The position numbers were made by a program, and so were the translations under genes. 64,000 bases of DNA from Vulcanimicrobiota bacterium (GTDB taxonomy: Bacteria; Vulcanimicrobiota; Xenobia; Xenobiales; JADMJV01): positions 416,001 through 480,000 of the forward strand of contig JBFWNU010000005.1 in the NCBI GenBank assembly GCA_050250895.1, written 5' to 3'. Under the pieces are notes generated by a model. The model was given only the letters and a program-made list of their open reading frames with translations, did no database searches and was not told the origin of the DNA. Shown here piece after piece: positions 55,566-64,000 of this stretch (positions are counted from its first letter, which is position 1; each line of letters begins with the position of its first letter).

Positions 55566-57764
55566 ATGCGCAAGTTCCTCGCCCTGCTGTTGTTGTTGCC
55601 CGCTCTGGCTCTGGCTGCTCCCCCCGAGGTGACCCTCGAGAAGATCATGTCGGATCCGGCCTGGATTGGAGCCTGGCCCCAGGATTTCGCCTGGCATCCC
55701 GATGGACGGACGGTAGTCTATGCTCGCCACAAGCCCGGCGGAGGGGACGACCTGGTGCACCTTGACGCCAGCGGCAAGGTGCTTGCCAGTCCACCGCAGG
55801 AATCGCTCCCCATGAAGCCCGTTTATGCGGCCGATGGCCGGCGCTGGGTGGTGGTCTGGGATGGGGATCTCTATCTGGGCAGCAAAGAGGGATGGCGGCC
55901 GCTGACTCGCACTGTGGCGGTCGAGAGTTCGCCACAATTCCTGGACTCGGGCCAGCTCGCCTACCAGCGCGATGGTCAGGTCTTCGTGCGCGAACTCGAC
56001 GGCAATCTCGAGCGCCAGGTGGCTGACCTGCTGTTGGAGGACAAGCCCCAGTGGGACGAGAGTTACCTGGCGCAGCAGCAAAAGCGTCTCTTTGAGGTTT
56101 TGCGCCGTCGCCAACAGGAAGAGTCCGTGGCTCCGCACTTGATCACCCCCGTCTACCTGGGCGAGAAGAAGACCCTGGTCGATACCTGTCTTTCGGGCGA
56201 TGGCCGCACCCTGCTGGTGGTGCTTACCGATGAGCGCGACCCGGACTGGAAGGAAGACCAGATGCCCGTCTATGTCACCCGCTCGGGCTATGTCGAGGTG
56301 GAATCCGTGCGCGCCAAGGTCGGGGCCGGGAAGCCGGATAATCACACGATTTATCTCTGCCGACCCGAGACCGGCGAACTCGACGAGGTTACGCTCGCCA
56401 GTCTAGATCTGCAAGACCGTCCGGTGCGGATCGAGCAGTTGCGTTGGGTGGGCAAGAGTTGGGTGGCTCAGCTCTTTTCTCAAGACCACAAAGACCGCTG
56501 GACGGTGCGGGTCGACCAGGCAGGCAACCTGACGGTCCTCGACCACTATCGCGACCAGGCCTGGCACGGCTGGGATCTCAACGACCTGGGGCCGGTGCCC
56601 ACGCTCGGAAAAGTCTTCTACACCTCGGAGGCCAGCGGCTACAGCCAGCTCTATCTCGAGCCGGCGCGCCGCCTGACCCAGGGTTCCCAGGTAGTCGAGC
56701 ACGTCGTCGCCGACCCCAGGGGACGCTATCTCTATTTTACTTCCAACCCGGAGCAGCCCGGACTGTATGAGGTGTATCGGGCCAACTTGAGTAACGGCAG
56801 GGTCGAGGCTATGACCCGGCTGGGGGGATTCACCGAATTTCGCCTCTCGCCTGACGGCGACACCATGCTGCTGATGCATTCCAAGCGCGACCGGCCTCCC
56901 GAACTTTACCTCATGAAGGCCGAGCCGGGGGCTCAACCACGCCAGTTGACTCACATCGTCAGCTCCGAGTTTACCTCCATCGACTGGACCGTCCCCGAGC
57001 TCGTGGCCGTGCCCTCAAGCCACCAATCCCGGCCCATTTATTCGCGCTTCTATCCCGCCGCCGCGCCGGTCGACGGGTTGCGACCGGCAGTGGTCTTCAT
57101 CCATGGGGCCGGCTACCTGCAGAACGCGACCTATGGCTGGTCCTACTACTTTCACGAGTTCATGTTCCACACGCTGCTCAACCGGCTCGGCTACGTGGTG
57201 CTCGACATGGACTATCGCGCCTCGGCCGGCTACGGCCGCGATTGGCGCACGGCCATCTATCGTCAGATGGGCACCCCGGAACTGGAGGACCTCGAAGACG
57301 GGGTGGATTGGCTGGTCAAGAACCAGGGCGTCGACCGCCAGAGGGTGGGGGTCTACGGCGGGTCTTATGGAGGCTTTCTCACCCTGATGGCCATGTTTCG
57401 CAAGCCCCAACTGTTTGCGTGCGGGGCCGCCCTGCGACCGGTGACCGACTGGGCCCACTACAACGACGAATACACCTCGCGCATCCTCAACACCCCTGAG
57501 GGCGACCCCGACAGCTACGCCGTCAGCTCACCCATCGAGTTCGCTGAAGGCCTCGAGAACCCGCTGCTGATGTGCCACGGCATGCTCGACGACAACGTCT
57601 TTGTCTCGGATACGGTGAGATTGGCCCAAAAGCTGATCGAACTCAAGAAAGAGAACTGGGAGATGGCGCTCTTTCCCATGGAGGCCCACGGCTTCATCGA
57701 GCCGACCAGCTGGCTCGACGAATACCGCCGCATCTTCAAGTTATTTCAAACCAATCTGCAATAG
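55566..57764 (+). CDS. Secreted S9 family (dipeptidyl/acylaminoacyl) peptidase
   Basis: Signal peptide, beta-propeller, HGAGY, GGSYGG, DDNV, EAHGF. Confidence 0.93.
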   Translation: MRKFLALLLLLPALALAAPPEVTLEKIMSDPAWIGAWPQDFAWHPDGRTVVYARHKPGGGDDLVHLDASGKVLASPPQESLPMKPVYAADGRRWVVVWDGDLYLGSKEGWRPLTRTVAVESSPQFLDSGQLAYQRDGQVFVRELDGNLERQVADLLLEDKPQWDESYLAQQQKRLFEVLRRRQQEESVAPHLITPVYLGEKKTLVDTCLSGDGRTLLVVLTDERDPDWKEDQMPVYVTRSGYVEVESVRAKVGAGKPDNHTIYLCRPETGELDEVTLASLDLQDRPVRIEQLRWVGKSWVAQLFSQDHKDRWTVRVDQAGNLTVLDHYRDQAWHGWDLNDLGPVPTLGKVFYTSEASGYSQLYLEPARRLTQGSQVVEHVVADPRGRYLYFTSNPEQPGLYEVYRANLSNGRVEAMTRLGGFTEFRLSPDGDTMLLMHSKRDRPPELYLMKAEPGAQPRQLTHIVSSEFTSIDWTVPELVAVPSSHQSRPIYSRFYPAAAPVDGLRPAVVFIHGAGYLQNATYGWSYYFHEFMFHTLLNRLGYVVLDMDYRASAGYGRDWRTAIYRQMGTPELEDLEDGVDWLVKNQGVDRQRVGVYGGSYGGFLTLMAMFRKPQLFACGAALRPVTDWAHYNDEYTSRILNTPEGDPDSYAVSSPIEFAEGLENPLLMCHGMLDDNVFVSDTVRLAQKLIELKKENWEMALFPMEAHGFIEPTSWLDEYRRIFKLFQTNLQ

Positions 57765-57803
57765 CCGGACGGTGGCTCGCCCAGCCAGACTCGAGGGGAG
57801 AAT

Positions 57804-57833
57804 AAAAAAGCCGCCCCATCCGGGGCGGCTTTT
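57804..57833. terminator. Bidirectional rho-independent terminator
   Basis: AAAAAAGCCGCCCC-ATCC-GGGGCGGCTTTT between convergent genes. Confidence 0.92.
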
Positions 57834-57846
57834 CTTAGGTCCGGGC

Positions 57847-58206
57847 TCATCCGGCCAGACTGGCTTTAGCCTGATCGGCCAGCTTGGTGAAGCCTTCCGC
57901 GTCGTGAATGGCGAGTTCCGCCAAAATCTTGCGGTCGACTTCGATGCCGGCCTTTTTGAGACCGTTGATAAGCCGGCTATAGGAGAGACCATTGCTGCGG
58001 GCAGCCGCGTTGATACGCGCGATCCACAGACGCCGAAAATCTCTTTTCTTGTTGCGGCGGTCACGGTAGGCATAGGTCTGGGCGCTGAGAAACGCCTCCG
58101 ACGCTGCCTTGACCTTACGGCTGCGGGCGCTCCGGTAGCCTTTGACCGCCTTCATCAATTTTCTTCGCTTCTTCAGAGCGATGGTGCCGCGCTTTACTCT
58201 GGGCAT
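57847..58206 (-). CDS. rplT: 50S ribosomal protein L20
   Basis: [31 protein letters not shown]. Confidence 0.98.
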   Translation of the reverse strand: MPRVKRGTIALKKRRKLMKAVKGYRSARSRKVKAASEAFLSAQTYAYRDRRNKKRDFRRLWIARINAAARSNGLSYSRLINGLKKAGIEVDRKILAELAIHDAEGFTKLADQAKASLAG

Positions 58207-58247
58207 GGCGTAACCTTCCTCTCGTGAGGCTCTAGCCTCAGGTCAAA

Positions 58248-58454
58248 CTAGAATTTGTAAGGGATGAGAAGTCGCAACCGCTTCTCGTCCGACGGCGAAA
58301 TTACGACTGGCTTACGGAACTTGCGAGTGCGCTTGGGCGATTTCTTCTCGCGGATGTGGTGACAACCGGAAAATTCACGCATGCGCTTGATGCGTCCGCT
58401 ACCAGTGATTTTGACCCGTTTGGCCAGAGCGCGTCTTGTTTTGATTTTCGGCAT
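58248..58454 (-). CDS. rpmI: 50S ribosomal protein L35
   Basis: MPKIKTRRALAKRVKITGSG; lies between infC and rplT. Confidence 0.96.
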   Translation of the reverse strand: MPKIKTRRALAKRVKITGSGRIKRMREFSGCHHIREKKSPKRTRKFRKPVVISPSDEKRLRLLIPYKF

Positions 58455-58483
58455 GGCGTCTGTCCTTTCTCGTATTTGAAGCC

Positions 58484-59119
58484 TTAAGTGGCCGGCGGTG
58501 TGGGAGTGGGTGGCGGCGGCGCCGGTGCCGGTGCCGCCGGACCAGGTTGGCCGGGTGGCCCGGCCTGGGCGACCTGGCTAGCCTTTGGAGCCAGCACCAT
58601 GGTCATATTTCGGCCCTCGAGTTTGGGCTTATTCTCGATAATCGCCAACTCGGCCGAGTCTTCAAACACTCTTTCGAGAAGTTTTAGCGCGATATCGGAG
58701 TGCACCACCTCGCGACCACGAAATCTCATGGTCACTTTGACCTTGTCGCCCTCTTTGAGCAGACGCTTCACCATGTTGGCCTTGACCTGATAGTCGTGCT
58801 CGTCGATCTTGGGCCGCATTTTGACCTCGCGAAGTTCGAAGGTCTTCTTCTTGGCCCGCGACTCGCGAGTCTTTTTCGAGGTCTCGTACTTCCACTTGCC
58901 GAAGTCCATCATCTTGCAGACGGGCGGACGTGCCTGTGGAGAGACCTCTACCAGGTCGAGCTCACGCTCCTGGGCGATGCGCACCGCATCACGCGGATCC
59001 ATAACCCCCAGCTGGTTCCCCTGATCATCGATGACTCGAACCTCACGGGCTCGAATCTGCCTGTTTACCCTTAAGTCTGGCGTACGCTGCAGACTGGGCT
59101 TTTTACGACCTCTGCGAAT
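58484..59119 (-). CDS. infC: Translation initiation factor IF-3 with ATT start
   Basis: VNRQIRAREVRVI, PPVCKMMDFGK, FRGRE; SD GAGGGGTGA lies just before the in-frame ATT at 59119. Confidence 0.96.
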   Translation of the reverse strand: MRRGRKKPSLQRTPDLRVNRQIRAREVRVIDDQGNQLGVMDPRDAVRIAQERELDLVEVSPQARPPVCKMMDFGKWKYETSKKTRESRAKKKTFELREVKMRPKIDEHDYQVKANMVKRLLKEGDKVKVTMRFRGREVVHSDIALKLLERVFEDSAELAIIENKPKLEGRNMTMVLAPKASQVAQAGPPGQPGPAAPAPAPPPPTPTPPAT

Positions 59120-59149
59120 CGGCTCACCCCTCATTTCTTGGCCCCAAGT

Positions 59150-59294
59150 AAAAAAGAGCGCATGCTCGCGCTCCTCACCATAAGACAGACAGCACTAGGC
59201 CGTCTAACCATGTCGGTTGCCTACACTTGGCAACTTCGAGAAACCGGTGCTGGCAACGACTTGGCGCCGCACGGTGAGAAGCGAACTTCTACTT
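59150..59294 (-). ncRNA. L20 leader RNA with attenuator terminator
   Basis: AAGTAGAAGTTCGCTTCTCACC...GGTGAGGAGCG followed by GAGCGC-6-GCGCTC-TTTTTT, upstream of infC. Confidence 0.82.
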
Positions 59295-59315
59295 GGGTTA
59301 GCCTATTGTCCGGCC

Positions 59316-59344
59316 AGTATAGCAAAGGGCCTATATCTCGTCAA
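59316..59344 (-). promoter_or_regulatory. Sigma70 promoter of the infC operon
   Basis: TTGACG-17 bp-TATACT with extended TG. Confidence 0.85.
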
Positions 59345-59437
59345 TACGCGCTCGCTGGCGCTCACGAGAGGGGAGCGCTCGCGCGAGAACGGCCGGCCAA
59401 TCGGGTCCGGCGCCACCCAGCGCGGAGGTGGGCTCGC

Positions 59438-60136
59438 TTACTGCTTGAGTTTGCGGGCGAAGTCGGTCATGGCCAGCAAGAGAAAGTGGCGCGAGCGATT
59501 GACCAGGTATTTCAGGCGGCGTTCGGGGGCGCCTTTGCACAGGGCCTTCAGGGCTTGCACGTGCAGCAGGATGAGATCGTCAGCGGCGGCACCTTTTTGG
59601 ACCAGTTTGGCGGCGACGGCCTCGGCGTTGCCGTGGTCTGACAGCCCATGGTCAGCCAGAAAGTTTTGGTATTCGTCGGCCATCTCGTCGGCCACCGCCG
59701 ACTTTTTGAGCTTGCTGATGCCGGTCAGAGACGACAGTTCCTGATTGACTTCGAGCACCCCCGCCTCGCCCCGGCGAACCGCGGCGTAGTTGATGGCTTT
59801 CTTGAGAGTATCCGGGCTGAGTTCGGTCTTCTTGAGAAAATCCTGGGCCCCGGCCTGCAGGCAGAGCATGCCGAGGCCGTCCTCGCCAGCGGCTGTGAGC
59901 ACCACGATCGGCACGTCGAATCCGGCCTGATGGATCCCAGAAACTGTCTCGAGGCCCTGGGCGTCGGGCAGCCCGAGGTCGAGCAGCACCACATCGAAGT
60001 CGTTCCTGCGAAGCTGGGCGATGCCTCCTGCCAGCGATTCCTCATGTGTGACCTGAGCGTCGGGCAACCCGAAGCCCACGTAGGATTCGATGATCATGGC
60101 CTGAGGAGCTGTGTCTTCGATCAGCAGAATATTCAT
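59438..60136 (-). CDS. Response regulator receiver with a helical KaiA-C/RsbU-N-like output domain
   Basis: ILLIED, VLLDLGLPD, VVLT, GAQDFLKK; C-terminal DDLILLH...R.FLL..M. Confidence 0.85.
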   Translation of the reverse strand: MNILLIEDTAPQAMIIESYVGFGLPDAQVTHEESLAGGIAQLRRNDFDVVLLDLGLPDAQGLETVSGIHQAGFDVPIVVLTAAGEDGLGMLCLQAGAQDFLKKTELSPDTLKKAINYAAVRRGEAGVLEVNQELSSLTGISKLKKSAVADEMADEYQNFLADHGLSDHGNAEAVAAKLVQKGAAADDLILLHVQALKALCKGAPERRLKYLVNRSRHFLLLAMTDFARKLKQ

Positions 60137-60198
60137 CCGTAAGCGGAGTTCGTGGCTCCGAGGCAGGGCCCTTTCCCTTTCCTAAGGAAAGTAGGTGG

Positions 60199-61296
60199 GT
60201 GACCAAAGTCAGAATACTTCTGATCGTCCTGATGCTGGGTCTTGTTACGGGCCTGAGCTGGGCGGATAAGCTGTACTATCTCAGACACCGTCCGGTGCAG
60301 GGCCGAGTCGTCGACGGCGAACTCTACATCGACCCTGAGCGCTTGCCAGACTACTTCGAACCGGCCGAGCTGCGTCGGATCCACACCAAAAGTGACCGCG
60401 TGACCGTCGACAACTCCAGCGCCGGCGAACTGGGTCCCGGAGGACTGGTGCCGGTATTGGCGGTGGCCAAGCGTCTGGGGTTCGTGGTGAAGTCGAATGA
60501 AGCGGCCGGCATCGTCGACATCATCCCGCCTCAGGCGATGATTCCCAACTCCGAGCGCCAGCTGGAACACGCCGTCAAACTCGATGGTAGCAAGCGCCAG
60601 GAGTATCAGTTTGCGGCCCTGCGCATGAAGAAGGTGCTCGAGAAGCTCAAGCCCTACGACGACCCGGAGTTCACCCGCCGCATTCGTACCATTGGCAAGA
60701 AGGTGGCCGACGCTTCTCCGCTGGCCGGGCTCGACTGGTATTTCTTGCTGGTCGACACCGAAGTGCCGAACGCGGCTTGCACGGGCGAGGGTTTTGTCTT
60801 CGTGACTCGAGGGCTGATGGAGATGGGGGTCACTGACGACGAACTGGCGGGAGTGTTGGGCCACGAGGTGGCCCACGGGGTCCGTCGACATCCCTTCAAG
60901 CGCCTGGATCTGATCCTCGAACTCAATCAGCTGGCAGTCGACTATCAAGCGCTCCAGGCCAGGGTCGAGGCCGCCGATACCAACGATGAAAGCAAGCTGG
61001 TGGGGCTGCGGGCCCAGATGGGACAGCTCGAGCGGAGGGCCAAGTCGCTGGCACACCGGCTCGAGAATCTGACGGAGTATGCGCGTAAGGATGAAGAAGA
61101 GGCAGACGTGTTAGGCATGCGCTACGCGGTCCTGGCCGGCTACACCGAAGGTGGCCTGGGGAGCTGTCTCGAGAAGCTGCAAAAGCAGATGGTGGCAAAG
61201 TTCGGCGAGGCTGTCCTGGCTGAGGATCTGAGTCACCCCCCGGTGGAACGTCGCCTCAAGATTCTCGACAAGGTTCGCGCCAGCTGGCATCGCTAA
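60199..61296 (+). CDS. Secreted M48 family metalloprotease
   Basis: Signal peptide, PNA...G.G.VFVTRGL, ELAGVLGHEVAH, EEEAD..G, SHP. Confidence 0.9.
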   Translation: MTKVRILLIVLMLGLVTGLSWADKLYYLRHRPVQGRVVDGELYIDPERLPDYFEPAELRRIHTKSDRVTVDNSSAGELGPGGLVPVLAVAKRLGFVVKSNEAAGIVDIIPPQAMIPNSERQLEHAVKLDGSKRQEYQFAALRMKKVLEKLKPYDDPEFTRRIRTIGKKVADASPLAGLDWYFLLVDTEVPNAACTGEGFVFVTRGLMEMGVTDDELAGVLGHEVAHGVRRHPFKRLDLILELNQLAVDYQALQARVEAADTNDESKLVGLRAQMGQLERRAKSLAHRLENLTEYARKDEEEADVLGMRYAVLAGYTEGGLGSCLEKLQKQMVAKFGEAVLAEDLSHPPVERRLKILDKVRASWHR

Positions 61297-62294
61297 GGCT
61301 CCCAGAGCTCACCTACGATTGCCTCCGCTGCGGCAAGAGCTGCCAGGGCTGGCGAGTGCTGGCCGACGAGTCGGCTCGCCAACGATTGCAGGGGCATCCG
61401 CTGGTGGACAGGCAACGTCAAGCCGGATTCGAGCCTTTCGTGGAAGGACCCGATGGGCTTTTTCGCCTGGCTAACACCCACCAGCACGGCGCTTGCGTCT
61501 TTCTCGAGGGCAACGACTGCAGTCTGCACGCCCATAGCGGCGCCGAGATCAAGCCTCGCGCCTGTCGACAGTTTCCGTTCTTCTTCAAGGTCACACCGGA
61601 CGGGGTGTTCGTGGGCCTGTCCTTTCGCTGCACGGCCGTGCTGGCGGCTCACGGCCGGCCGCTCGAGGCTCACCGCGAGCATCTGCAAGCGCTGCTCGAC
61701 GGCGGCGACTATCCGCGGGCGGGGTTTGAGCCCATCCCGTTGTTCGGGCAGCAGACCATCGAGTGGGACGACTATCAACGACTAGAGCGGCGATTGGGTG
61801 ACAGTCTTACGGCCGAGGGCGCGCGGGCGGATCTGGCCTGGACGGCTCTCGAAGAATTGACCGGGCGGGTTGCCCCCGACCCCTACCGGCAACAGTGGCT
61901 CGCCGCCGCCGTGGTGGCCTGGCTTGAGCATTGCGAACCGGCGGAGGTGATTTCGGGGTCGTTTCGATCGGCACGATTTCCCTCAGGAGCCAGTCCGGGC
62001 CGAGTCGAAGGACTCGAGCAGCCTCTGTCGCGTTTTTTGGAGCATCTGCTCTTCCGCAAATACTTGTTGGGGCCCGCTCTACTGGGTCGGGCGGTGGTGT
62101 GGGTCGTGCTGCCGGCGGTGGCCCGCTTTTACGCTGGAGCCCGCGCCGCCGAACTCGGACAGGTCGCCTCAGCGGAGCACCTCGACTGGAGTTTGTCTGT
62201 GCTTGAGGGCGAACTGTTGGGGCACGTCGAAGAAAGCACCAGGTTCTACCAGGCCCTGGCAGAATTCTACTGGCAACCGGAGGTCAAGCCGTGA
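61284..62294 (+). CDS. YkgJ/FliB-like Cys-cluster (Zn/Fe-chelating) protein
   Basis: CLRCGKSC (upstream of the tracked start), CVFL...CSLH, KPRACRQFPF, SFRC; probable CTG start at 61284. Confidence 0.83.
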   Translation: MASLRLPELTYDCLRCGKSCQGWRVLADESARQRLQGHPLVDRQRQAGFEPFVEGPDGLFRLANTHQHGACVFLEGNDCSLHAHSGAEIKPRACRQFPFFFKVTPDGVFVGLSFRCTAVLAAHGRPLEAHREHLQALLDGGDYPRAGFEPIPLFGQQTIEWDDYQRLERRLGDSLTAEGARADLAWTALEELTGRVAPDPYRQQWLAAAVVAWLEHCEPAEVISGSFRSARFPSGASPGRVEGLEQPLSRFLEHLLFRKYLLGPALLGRAVVWVVLPAVARFYAGARAAELGQVASAEHLDWSLSVLEGELLGHVEESTRFYQALAEFYWQPEVKP

Positions 62295-62500
62295 TTGAAT
62301 ATTTCGCAGCCCTCGAACCAGGGGTCCGCTGGACGGTGATCGGCGTGACCGGTGCCCTCTTTTTGTTGCTGTTGGCCCTGGTGGTTCTGAAGCTACGCAG
62401 CCGTTGGCTGGCAGGCAAAGAGCGCTGGGACGAAGCCCGGGCTAGCACCCGCTCGATGCGATTAGATATGCAAGATCGGGCCGGGGAGCTGCATCAATAG
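62291..62500 (+). CDS. Small single-TM protein
   Basis: GGAGG RBS, GTGA overlap, one hydrophobic helix. Confidence 0.68.
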   Translation: MIEYFAALEPGVRWTVIGVTGALFLLLLALVVLKLRSRWLAGKERWDEARASTRSMRLDMQDRAGELHQ

Positions 62501-62545
62501 GATTTCCCGCAACCGGACGGGAAACGCGCCCCGGGAGGTTTTTGC

Positions 62546-64000
62546 GTGTCCGATAATTCCACGCGCATGGAGATCCATGCGGAGTTAACGCGCGATCTCA
62601 CTTTGACTTCGGCTCTAGCTATCGGAGTGGGAACGATGATCGCGGCAGGAATCTTCACCCTCTCCGGGCTGGCCGTTCGCAACGTGGGGTCGTCTGCGAT
62701 TGTGGCCTTCCTGCTGGCCGCTCTGGTGGCCACCTTCACGGCTCTGACCTATTGCGAGTTCAGCTCCATCTATCCCGAGTCTGGAGAAGGTTATCTCTAC
62801 GCGCGCAAGACCTTCGCCCCGCCGGTGGCCTATTTTGTCGGCTGGGCTCTCTTTTTGGGCTACAGCTCTTCGTGCGCTTTTTATATCGCCAGTCTCTCCT
62901 CTTACTTTAACGAGTTCGTTTATGAGTGCGGCTTTGAGTCGATGGCCGGCCTCATTGGCCTGGTGCTGTTGACCATGCTCAATTTGAAGGGCACCAAGGA
63001 GTCTGGCAGTTTCCAGGTGATCGTGACCGGAGCCAAGATCCTGCTGTTGATCTGGTTTATCGGGGGCGGCTTGATGGCCATGGATACCGGCACCGTGGCC
63101 GAGCGCTTCAGTCACGATGCTTACAAGATTTTGCAAACGGCTGCGCTGGTGTTTATCACCTTCTTCGGTTTTTCCGCCATCGCCGCCTCGGCGGGAGAAG
63201 TTCAGGACCCCACCCGCAACATTCCCCGGGCGATCTTCATCTCGATGGGTCTGGTGACGGTGCTCTATACGCTGGTCATCCTTTCCATCGTCGGCGCCAA
63301 TCTCACCGAATACAGCGAGGCGGCCATGGGCAAGGCGGCCGAACTCTTTTTGGGCTCTGTTGGCGGCAAGGTGATCGTCGGCGGGGCGCTGTTTTCCATG
63401 ATCTCGGCCGCCAACGCCTCGATCATGGCCGGCTCGCGCGTGGTGTTGGCCATGAGCCAACTGGGGCACATGCCCGAGGTGATCGGAGGCATCTGGGCCA
63501 AGACCCGCACGCCGGCTGCCTCCATCTTGATGGTTTCGGGGGCCATCGGCGCCTTCGTGCTGATGCTGCATCTCGAAGAGTTGGCCCATTTTGCCGATGC
63601 CGTGCTGTTGTTGGCTCTGATTACGGTCAATTACGCCCTGATTGCCCATCGCAAGAAGTATCCCGACATGGAGCGGTTGTTCCGGGTGCCCGGCGTGCCG
63701 GTCACGCCGATTTTGGCCATGCTGGCCAACGGCTACCTCTTGCTCCAGGCGCTGGGTCATGCGCGGCCGGCTCTACTGACCGTGGTTTCCTTGCTGGCAG
63801 GGCTGTTAGCCTTCTTCGTCTGGAAGAGCAGCCAAGCCGAGGAGATGGCGATTCCGGGGGCCCCGTCCAAGGTGGCCCTGGTCGAGTCGGCGGTCACGCC
63901 GGGCGGCTTTCGGGTGCTGGTGCCCATCGCCAACCCGGCCACCGTGGACATGCTGGTCCAGGTGGCCGCCTCGGCCGCCGGCCCGGGCGGGGAAGTGGTG
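62546..64000 (+). CDS. APC-family amino acid permease with a C-terminal USP-like domain; runs off the window and is absent from the ORF track
   Basis: GGGAGG RBS plus GTG; LTRDL...AIGVGTMIAAGIF, FFGF, GEVQDPTRNIP, RVLVPIANP. Confidence 0.9.
   Translation, partial: MSDNSTRMEIHAELTRDLTLTSALAIGVGTMIAAGIFTLSGLAVRNVGSSAIVAFLLAALVATFTALTYCEFSSIYPESGEGYLYARKTFAPPVAYFVGWALFLGYSSSCAFYIASLSSYFNEFVYECGFESMAGLIGLVLLTMLNLKGTKESGSFQVIVTGAKILLLIWFIGGGLMAMDTGTVAERFSHDAYKILQTAALVFITFFGFSAIAASAGEVQDPTRNIPRAIFISMGLVTVLYTLVILSIVGANLTEYSEAAMGKAAELFLGSVGGKVIVGGALFSMISAANASIMAGSRVVLAMSQLGHMPEVIGGIWAKTRTPAASILMVSGAIGAFVLMLHLEELAHFADAVLLLALITVNYALIAHRKKYPDMERLFRVPGVPVTPILAMLANGYLLLQALGHARPALLTVVSLLAGLLAFFVWKSSQAEEMAIPGAPSKVALVESAVTPGGFRVLVPIANPATVDMLVQVAASAAGPGGEVV

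Noticed and set aside
1-64000. tRNA, rRNA, prophage or integrase
   Set aside because: No cloverleaf, rRNA-like, phage structural or recombinase signatures found by eye; tRNAscan and Infernal were not run

Overview
A gene-dense, GC-rich bacterial chromosomal segment with about 55 protein genes. I found no rRNA, tRNA, integrase, transposase or CRISPR-cas. Housekeeping blocks are rpsF-ssb-rplI-lonC-dnaB (rpsR is absent), infC-rpmI-rplT with an L20-leader attenuator and an ATT start, hup, pncB and pepA. The Firmicutes-like gene order and leaders, combined with high GC and type IV minor-pilin cassettes, suggest a Terrabacteria lineage such as Ca. Eremiobacterota/Vulcanimicrobiota; this is inference only. 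The most notable items are: (1) a coupled five-gene cluster of two B12-radical SAM enzymes, two GNAT-like proteins and a GH3 amido-synthetase, interrupted by an inverted GAF-TPR gene whose antisense frame is ATGA-coupled to both radical SAM genes; (2) two sigma70 promoters carrying the same 16-bp palindromic operator, upstream of an orphan gene and a leaderless MerR-like gene coupled to a VIT/vWA gene; (3) two non-coding palindromic tandem arrays (~187-bp mosaic units and 38-bp units); (4) four proteins sharing a Pro/Ala/Ser-rich N-terminus without a signal peptide; (5) a receiver protein with a KaiA-C-like domain. All calls come from reading motifs; no database searches were run.
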